Shown in pieces: positions 54,631 through 64,000 of a stretch of 64,000 nucleotides of DNA. The notes under the pieces were generated by a model. It was given only the letters and a program-made list of their open reading frames with translations, was not told where the DNA came from and ran no database searches. Every line of letters starts with the position of its first letter. The stretch's first letter is position 1. Source of the DNA: Eledone cirrhosa (taxonomy: Eukaryota); NCBI GenBank assembly GCA_964016885.1, contig OZ024755.1:20460001-20524000 (forward strand). The letters run 5' to 3'. A program made the translations under genes and the position numbers.

Positions 54631-56189
54631 CAGCCTTCTTAGATGCGAGTTCTCTGAGGAGTACTTACAACTGATATTATCGATCATCATATAGGTAAAA
54701 TTTCAAATGACATCATCTATCAAAACTAGAAAGAGAAATATTCTTTATTCATGTCTTTACAAAACAGTACCCCTGCTGTTTCTATTCAATCTGTTCGTTG
54801 AATATCACTTGTATTCCTTTCACAATTTCATTCAATGCTTCTACTGACATTATTGTTCAATAACCTGAACAATACTTATCCATTTAGCGAACTAATTTCT
54901 TGGACTAACTTTAAAATATGCAATTGTCTCCTAGGAATAATATGATCACATTAATATCCATATATAATCTTTATTTCCTTATTGTCATGTCCACAGAGCA
55001 ATGGTGAAAGGATTAGTGGAACCGCGATGTAAATGCTTCTTTCTTGGTTCCTTCGCGGGAGAGAAGATAGAAAGAGACGAGAGGAAAACTATGGAGGTGT
55101 ATTTAAGTGGTTAAATAACTACTGTAAGCCAAGCTTTCAGTTATTAAAATAATAATCAGAAAATGATAAATTTACATAAAAACTGATAAAAACGATAAAT
55201 TTCACAAGCTTTCATTTACGGCTTTGAGTTACATTGTTAGGTACTTTTAGATTTGTAACAACATATATTTAATATATTTAGTTGAGATTATACTATTTCT
55301 TTTATATGTAGAACTTTTATTTTTATTAAAATACAATCAATTTTATTTACACTTGTATTAATAACATTACAAATGGGGAAGGGATAAAGAAGAGCAAATC
55401 TGGCTGTGTGGGAAAGCAGAGGAAAGGACTATAAAAACCATAAATGAGAGGAAAATAAACAAAATAAACCAGTCGTATAAATTTTTGACGGCTTTGAAAT
55501 ATATCAATCAGACCCAATTCTTTGACACACGCCCTTTCAAACTACGACTCTTCTAATGACGCCATGCCTTTAAAACGCCATTTTGAAATATTTTAAGATT
55601 CATAAAATAGGAAAAAAAATACAGCAACATACGAAGTTTAGACAATTGACGAATGTTTAATGGGGGATTGGTAGCGAAAAATTATATTTGTATTTTTATA
55701 TTTAATCAATTAACATCATTTTGATTTAAAATAAAAATGTATTCATTTATGAGTCAATTACTGCCATGTTAAAACTTTTCAAGCGTGTATCTAGCTGCTT
55801 CGATATACTTATGTGATTAAAGCTCTTCTGGATGACATAAGCGGCAAGGATTTATCTCATCTCGTATAAATCGGAGATCTTGACTTCTTTATACTTGTCA
55901 ATTCTTATGGATAGACAAAATAATCCAACAAACTAACGTTAGATTATTTGTTGCCTTCTTCATTTAGCCTAAACAAAATAAAAGAAAGGCGAGGCGAGAT
56001 GGGCTCCGAAGAGAGGCAGAGGTGATTTATTGCGATGTACTTAATCTCTGGGTCAATTTCCTCGAATTCAATAATACATTAAAATTATTGGTATTCGAAT
56101 GTCTATAAATAGTTTTAAACTTGAATTAGGTTTTTGCCTAATAAACAATATTTAACTTGCGTGCAATATTTATTTACAACACATATTTA

Positions 56190-56425
56190 GATTTAAAAGA
56201 ATTTCTGCCAAATGTACACGGATACTTTAAAGGGTTGCTGCTACATGTATACGAATATTTAAAAGAATTTCTGTCACATGTACACGGATACTTTAAAGGG
56301 TTGCTGCTACATGTATACGAATATTTAAAAGAATTTCTGTCACATGTACACGGATACATGAAAACTGCTACACGTACACAGAAATGTAAAAGAAATGTCT
56401 CCACATGTACACGGATATTTAAAAG
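56190..56425. repeat. 66-bp tandem repeat with ~33-bp subunit
   Basis: ATTTAAAAGAATTTCTG.CA.ATGTACACGGATAC repeated three times plus a degenerate copy. Confidence 0.9.
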
Positions 56426-56772
56426 CAGCTTCCTTTATGAAGCTCATTCGGTAATGATGAAAACAAACATCAGATTCTCAGTCCTTATTTCTACAAATGT
56501 TTGCTTTGTGTTCCAAATAAAGAAAAAAATCAAATTTCTACGTATACAGCAAAACATACAGAGGAAGAGATTAACCAGTTGACAATCCAATTTATGAGAT
56601 TCCTACTCCAGGTTGAAGCCGATTGGCTTTTTTTATACCTTGACACCTTTGATAAACGTATGAACTGTATTCCTCAAGTTTCCTAAAAATGTAGACCATC
56701 TGAAAAACATTCAGCATTCGTGGACAGCAAAGTTGTCGTGAAGTCGAGGTTGAGACAGTTTTTGGTCCAAGC

Positions 56773-56826
<54 letters not shown>

Positions 56827-56899
56827 GTACTTTTGATAAGTATATGAAACATCTAGATTATTCGATATTTTAACTATGCGAAAATTAAGTTCCTGTTAC

Positions 56900-57420
56900 T
56901 TTTGGAATCCGGCCTGGAAGTCATTTTCTGTAAGCGAGTCAAGAACCTTCTGCGATTCGCTCTGGATCTCGGCAACGGTGTTAAAACGGCGACCTTTGAG
57001 CTGCATTTTCAGCTTGGAAATGAGATAGAAGTCCGCAGGTGCTAAATCTGGCGAATAGGGCGGGTACGGAAGCGATAAAGTGTTGTTTTGGGGGCGAGAA
57101 ACTCACGAGTGAAGAGACCTCGGGTACAGGGTGCATTGTCGTTGTGAACAATCGAATTCTTCGAGCTCCACAGATCCGGTCACTTTCGTCGAACGTCCTC
57201 CTTCAAACGCCTCTAAACGTTGCAGTAGAACTTTCGATTGGCGGTATGGCTCTGTGGGACGAAGTTTCGATGCACAATACCACGGATGACAAAAAAAAAA
57301 AAACGATGAGCATGCTCTAGATTGAGCTGCGGCTCTGATGTGCCTTCTTCGGTCGTGCATATGAAGGGCTTTCCCACTGTTTCGACTGCTGCTTCGGCTC
57401 AAGGTCGTACTCGTGTAGAC
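56900..57420 (-). pseudogene. Mariner (DD34D) transposase remnant
   Basis: Minus translation YDLEPKQQSKQWESPS..RPKKAHQSRS..HNDNAPC..LPYPPYSPDLAPADFYLISKLKMQLKGRRF; frameshifted. Confidence 0.9.
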
Positions 57421-57450
57421 TTCCCAAGTTGAAAGCAATGAGTATGGAGG

Positions 57451-57760
57451 CGTGCATACGTGAGACGTGCATACGTGAGACGTGCATACGTGAGACGTGC
57501 ATACGTGAGACGTGCATACGTGAGACGTACATACATGAGACGTGCATACGTGAGACGTACATACGTGAGACGTGCATACGTGAGACGTACATGCGTGAGA
57601 CGTGCATGCGTGAGACGTGCATGCGTGAGACGTACATGCGTGAGACGTGCATGCGTGAGACGTACATACGTGATACGTACATACGTGAGACGTGCATACG
57701 TGAGACGTACATACGTGAGACGTGCATACGTGAGACGTACATACGTGAGACGTTCATACG
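57451..57760. repeat. 15-bp minisatellite CGTRCATRCGTGAGA, ~20 copies
   Basis: Direct tandem units; CpG-rich. Confidence 0.97.
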
Positions 57761-58596
57761 AGCAAAAAATGATATGCTACTAAAATGTGTTCAAGTACGG
57801 TTTGATATGTAGTACGAACTGGAATTTAAGAATATATATATATATACTATGTGTGCGAGAGAGAGAGTGAGGGAGAGAAAGGGGCGAGAGTGGGGGAGAG
57901 AAAGGGGCGAGAGCGGGAGAGAGGGGGGATATCGGGAGAGAGGAGGAGCGGGAGAAAGGGGGAGCGGGAGACATGGGGAGCGGAAGAGGGGAGAGAGGGG
58001 GAGCGGGGGAGAGAGGGAGAGGGGGAGCGGAGGAGGCGAGATAGAGGGGTGGGGGTGAGGAAGAGAAAGATTGTAATCCAATATAGACACAAGATATCCT
58101 AGGGAGCATGAATATTATTATCAAAATTAATATCATTTCTCTCCTAACGTAGCTGGTAATACCGCATTCATCCCACCAGTGAAGGAAATAATATATGTAC
58201 AAGAAAGATGTAAATTTCTTTTGTAAACAAAGAGAAGGTTCTATAAGTTTAAACCCTGGGGGATTAATAGACATTTCACAATCCACCGTTTGATATATAT
58301 TTATAAAATAGTCACAGTAGAACTTAATCTGATATAATTTAATTCACATGTAAAGATATAAACTGGGGGGAAAAACTGTCTAGCGACAGTTGTGTTGAGA
58401 AATAAACTAATTAATAAAATTACAAATTAACAGCTAAGCTTTAAATATAGATTAATATATTTTGAAGTGAAATTGTTTTGAGCTGAGACTGTACTATTAG
58501 AAAGAAAAAGAAAGTACATCATGAAAAAATAATCTTAAAAAAAACAAAAAAACGTGGAGACAGGTTTTGTTCCTTTCTCATATATTTCTTAATAAT

Positions 58597-59001
58597 TGTT
58601 TCCACTTTTGGCACAAGGCCAGCAATTATCCCAGTCTATTACTGGTACTTTATTTTATCGACCCCATAAGGATGAAAGGCAAAGTTAACCTCAGCTGGAT
58701 TTGAGCCTCGGCGAGATTTGAACTCAGACCATAAAGGGCCATAACTCTTTGCTGCAAAGCATGGCGTCCGACCCTATACCGATACTACCAATCCACCAGA
58801 CACAAAGCCAACAATTTTTTGGGGAGGGGGATAGTCGATTAAATCGCCCCCAATGCATTTCTGGTGCTTTATTTTATCGACCATCAAGAATGAAAGACAA
58901 AGCTAACTTTGGCAGGATTTGAAATCAGAACGTAAAGAGCCGTAATTCTATGCTACAAAGCATGTTGTCTGACGTTCTGCTGATAGTGCCAATCCACTAC
59001 C
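58597..59001 (-). mobile_element. SINE dimer (less diverged + more diverged copy) within one 18-bp TSD
   Basis: CATATATTTCTTAATAAT at 58579-58596 and 59002-59019. Confidence 0.8.
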
Positions 59002-59463
59002 CATATATTTCTTAATAATACTATTTATTATAAGGCGCTAACAAATTTCATCTTCAAAGACCCCTAGTGCTCCCACTGCAACTCTACACGATTATCCTCC
59101 CCCCACTTCACGATTTCGCAACCACTTTTTTTTTTTTTTTTTACCTTTATAACTTTTCCTAATTTCTCGTTTTAGCCACACTAAATCTCGAATATCTTGC
59201 ACCACCTAACGGCCATTGAATTTATATAAGACCCTATCCTCAACCTCACACCACCCCCGCTTCTCATTTACTTAGCAATTGATCGCTAATTTAATTATCG
59301 AGCTTAATTTATCGAAGGAAGAAAAGAAAATTTGGTCTCGATGGAAATTTAGAACCGAGACTGCTGATAGCCAGAACGAATACCACACGGTATTCCATCG
59401 GAGGCTCTAACGAATCTGCCGACTTATCTCTTTAGTAATTTGTTTAGTGAACATACATTAATA

Positions 59464-60738
59464 TAATTATTTCTACTTTAGGCACAAGGCCAGCAATTAC
59501 CCAGTGCATTACTGGTACTTTATTTTATCGACTCCGTAAGGATGAAAGGGAAAGTCAACCTCGGCGGGATTTGAACTCGGATCGTTAAGGGACGTAACTA
59601 TGCTGGAAAGCATGGCGTCCGACCCTCTACCGATACTGCCAAATAATAATAATTGTTTCTACTTTTGGCACAAGGCCAGCAATTACCTAGTGCATTACTG
59701 GTACTTTATTTTATCGACTCCGTAAGGATGAAAGGCAAAGTCAACCTCGGCGGGATTTGAACTCGGATCGTTAAGGGACGTAACTATGCTGGAAAGCATG
59801 GCGTCCGACCCTCTACCGATACTGCCAAATAATAATAATTGTTTCTACTTTTGGCACAAGGCCAGCAATTACCTAGTGCATTACTGGTACTTTATTTTAT
59901 CGACTCCGTAAGGATGAAAGGCAAAGTCAACCTCGGCGGGATTTGAACTCGGATCGTTAAGGGACGTAACTATGCTGGAAAGCATGGCGTCCGACCCTCT
60001 ACCGATACTGCCAAATAATAATAATTGTTTCTACTTTTGGCACAAGGCCAGCAATTACCTAGTGCATTACTGGTACTTTATTTTATCGACTCCGTAAGGA
60101 TGAAAGGCAAAGTCAACCTCGGCGGGATTTGAACTCGGATCGTTAAGGGACGTAACTATGCTGGAAAGCATGGCGTCCGACCCTCTACCGATACTGCCAA
60201 ATAATAATAATTGTTTCTACTTTAGGCACAAGGCCAGCAATTACCCAGTGCATTACTGGTACTTTATTTTATCGACTCCGTAAGGATGAAAGGCAAAGTC
60301 AACCTCGGCGGGATTTGAATTCGGATCGTTAAGGGACGTAACTATGCTGGAAAGCATGGCGTCCGACCCTCTACCGATACTGCCAAATAATAATAATTGT
60401 TTCTACTTTTGGCACAAGGCCAGCAATTACCTAGTGCATTACTGGTACTTTATTTTATCGACTCCGTAAGGATGAAAGGCAAAGTCAACCTCGGCGGGAT
60501 TTGAACTCGGATCGTTAAGGGACGTAACTATGCTGGAAAGCATGGCGTCCGACCCTCTACCGATACTGCCAAATAATAATAATTGTTTCTACTTTAGGCA
60601 CAAGGCCAGCAATTACCCAGTGCATTACTGGTACTTTATTTTATCGACTCCGTAAGGATGAAAGGCAAAGTCAACCTCGGCGGGATTTGAATTCGGATCG
60701 TTAAGGGACGTAACTATGCTGGAAAGCATGGTGTCCGA
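59464..60738 (-). mobile_element. Head-to-tail array of 7 near-identical SINE copies, period 186 bp
   Basis: TTCTACT anchors at 59471, 59657, 59843, 60029, 60215, 60401, 60587. Confidence 0.97.
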
Positions 60739-61132
60739 CCCTCTACCGATACTGTCAAAGGTGGTGAGATTGTGTAAGGTTGGAGGAATTGCTCTCTTGA
60801 TAAGCTTGTCTCGGCTATATTATATGACGTTAAATACGTTAAATAGGAAAATCGGCACCATTAACCCAAGCTGTAATTTGACATAATGGAATTAGTATTT
60901 AATCGGAGATAAGCGTAACTGGACACAAATGAAAAATTTAAACGTTTATCACAGTGTCGACAAGTGATATCAGTTACAGGATATTTATCCACAATTGTGT
61001 CATGAAAATATACGTCAATCACTAGATATAGGCATTGTAGATTCACTAATTGTTGAAGTGTGCATGTCATGAGAAGAGAACTGTGACGTTTCGGGAGATA
61101 TGACCTGTCTATCTTTCCCGGTTGTCTATCTT

Positions 61133-61680
61133 TCACCAACGCCAACGCCACCATCAGCACCACTATCACCAACACCACCATCAGCACCACTATCACCAAC
61201 ACCACCATCACCAACACCACCACCACTATCACCAACACCACCATCAGCACACCATCAGCACCACTATCACCAACACCACCATCAGCACCACTATCACCAA
61301 CACCACCATCAGCACCACTATCACCAACACCACCATCAGCACCACTATCACCAACACCACCATCAGCACCACTATCACCAACACCACCATCAGCAACACC
61401 ACCCCATCACCTCTGTCAGTACCATCAGCACCACTATCACTACCAGCACCATCAGCAACACTATCACCATCACCTCTGTCAACACTACCACCACCACCAT
61501 CACCTCTGTCAGTACCATCAGCACCACTATCCCCACCACCACCACCTCTGTTAGCACCATCAGCACCTCTGTCAGCACCACTATCACTACCACCACCATC
61601 AGCAACACCAGCAACACTAACACCAACACCACCAGCAACCTCAGCACCACAATTACCACCACCACCATCAGCACCACCAA
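61133..61680. repeat. CAC/CAT/CAG triplet-derived 30-bp minisatellite
   Basis: CACCACCATCAGCACCACTATCACCAACAC-like units. Confidence 0.9.
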
Positions 61681-64000
61681 GTCATCAGGTATCTCTTTTT
61701 ATCGCGATGAATCTGACCAATTGTAAGAACTTCACTAATTAATGGAGATCTAGTTAGCATGCAACTCTGCATTCAAGTCAGTTTCTGTTGGCATAAAAAT
61801 GGTAAACAAAGCCTACCAAAACATACTCTCCCAGAAAACCGTGGAACTGCTTCATTTACTATGTCACTTAATACAGAGTCCAGTTGAGCACTCTGTGTCT
61901 TATGAAATATATTAATATTTTATCTAGTATTCACTTCACTGCTGCTGCTGTTATTATTATATAGCCTCTAGTCTTTACAGTCTGAGTTCATATCCCGCCG
62001 AGGTTAACTTTGCCTTTCATCCTTACGGGGTCGATAAAATAAAGTACCAGTAATGTACTGGGTATTTGCTGGCCTTGTGCCTAAAGTAGAAACAATTATT
62101 ATATAGCCTCAGTTCGGCGCTCACTGTACAGACCTATGACCAGAGGCATACCAGGCGTGACTATCCCGTTTTTTTCCCAATACTATATAACCATGCGCCA
62201 TGGCTTAGTGGTTAGAGAATTGTGCTTGCAATCGAAAGGTTGTGGGTTCAATTCTCGGACCGGGTGATGTGTTGTTTCCTTGAGCAAGACACTTTATTTC
62301 ACGTTGCTCCAGTTTACTCAGCTGTAGAAATGAGATGATAGGACTGAGGTCCCCATCATTAAAATTACCCAAGACACCAACAAGATATACCTTGGAGGAG
62401 GCCAGCATAGGTGTGAGCTGTCACACACACATACATTATATATCCAGTACTACTACATGAGGCAATGTGTTCTTCTCATAATATGTAAGAAGATCTGATT
62501 TGATGGAGATTTGGTGAATATTTCTAGCAAATGCAGAGACAACAAAGAGACACCATAAGAGTCGAAGAGAGGGGGTTCTTTCTGATTTAGGGGGAAACGA
62601 TAGAGAAACAATCAACAAGGTCCTAGACCTCATTTGCATACTGAGTGGCGTGGAACTCTTCCAATCGGACCAAGGAAACAATGTTTCCATTGTTTGGTTT
62701 TTTCTATAACTGAAACTATCTCCAGGTCGCGTAATTCTTAACTTTGATGATCAGCATGTGTTTCATTGCTTTTTATGTCTAGAGGTAGTTTTAGAAAGTT
62801 TACTTTGTATGAGTGAACTACAGTTGAGAAATTTTGAAAAATAAAAAAAACCAAGTCTGTGCGAATGACTTTATTTTCATGTAAAATACATTTAAGAAGT
62901 TAATCAAGAGCGAAATGGAATTGGTCATAATCATTTCAGTCCTTCGCAAACTAATGAAATCGATATCGTTTGTAATCAGTTTGTAAGTTGGTAGTTCAAT
63001 GTCTACTGTAAATCTAGCGTGTGTAGAGAGTAGAGAGATAATTTTATATGGTTTCAATTCAAGAGCTTCCTCATCAAACGGCAATAAGCCGTTGAACCAC
63101 TTTGTAATATTTGTTTCTACTTTTGGTACAAGGCCAGCAATTACCCCAGTGCATTGCTGGTCCTTTATCGACCCCGTAAGGATGAAAGGCAAAGTCAACT
63201 CAGATCATAGAGGGGCGTAACTCTATGCTGCAAAGCATGGCGTCCAATCCGCTACCGAATCTTGCCAATCCACCGACCTTTGTAATTTTGAAGATCTACC
63301 AACTATAAACAAAATCTTTGAGAAAATGGAGATTTTGAAACGATTCAACAATAGAACGTTCTAGCTGCTTTACAGCTTCCCGCGTTTTTCATTTTTTTTT
63401 TCGTTATGCTTATTTGTCATCCCGTGGCAGAATCGGTAGAGGGTCTGACGCTATGCTTTGCAGCAAAGATTTACGGCCCTTTATGGTCTGAGTTCAAATT
63501 ACGCCGAGGTTAACTTTGCCTTTCATCCTTACGGGGGTCGATAAAATAAAGTACCAGTAATACACTGGGATAATTGCTGGCCTTGTGCCAAAAGTAGAAA
63601 TAATTATTTTAATTTTATTTCTATATTCACTAATCTCTATATTTTGTAGTTATTTTTTTTTTTTTTTCTAAACTGTAAGAAGTTCCAGAAACTTCCCCTT
63701 CTGTCATGGCTGTCTAGCTCTATACGGACGTTTAAATTTATTAAATAAATAAATACATAGATATGTCGAGTCGCAGTGTTGAGGTCAACATCTCGTGTAG
63801 AGATGTGACAGACTAGCGTCCTATGCGGTACAGATGTCTCAGATCTGTTTAAACGCCAGAGATCAGATGAAGAAATCATACGTTAAAAAAAGATAAAAAG
63901 AAAGAAAATGGTTTAATTAGACTTCGTTTTTTGTTTTTTTTTAGATCAAGAAATCAACTATACCCGTGGCATTTGAAACGTCGAAAATAAAGTAAATATT

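Noticed and set aside
61080-61125. Minus-strand hairpin plus GAAACGTC (similar hints at 35455-35470, 48375-48425, 63970-63985, 50412-50432)
   Set aside because: Only part of a hammerhead is visible; no matching CUGANGA core with stem I.
61100-61742. His/Thr/Pro-rich mucin-like ORFs
   Set aside because: Triplet-derived minisatellite open in several frames.
62390-62730. Possible LINE C-terminal relic on the minus strand
   Set aside because: Resemblance to a CCHC region is too degraded to call.

Overview
AT-rich, microsatellite-saturated eukaryotic genomic DNA, most likely from an octopod cephalopod (inferred from the SINE types and the huge (TA)n/(CA)n load). It looks intergenic or deep-intronic: I find no credible host CDS, and nearly all long ORFs in the track are microsatellite read-throughs. 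Contents: about 40 copies of one tRNA-derived SINE (including a 7-copy head-to-tail array), a second CORE-like SINE, piggyBac-, mariner- and Tc2-type MITEs, several minisatellites, and decayed ORF fragments of mariner, Penelope-like (GIY-YIG), CRE, Ingi/Vingi, R4/Dong and Gypsy elements. The most notable signal is a set of at least 5-6 unrelated short non-coding element families that sit in or beside (TA)n tracts, are often arranged as fold-back palindromes, and carry type I hammerhead ribozyme motifs. Some have an intact core and compensatory base changes. They are probably Penelope-like or retrozyme-like non-autonomous retroelements. All folds and alignments were done by eye; element boundaries are approximate.
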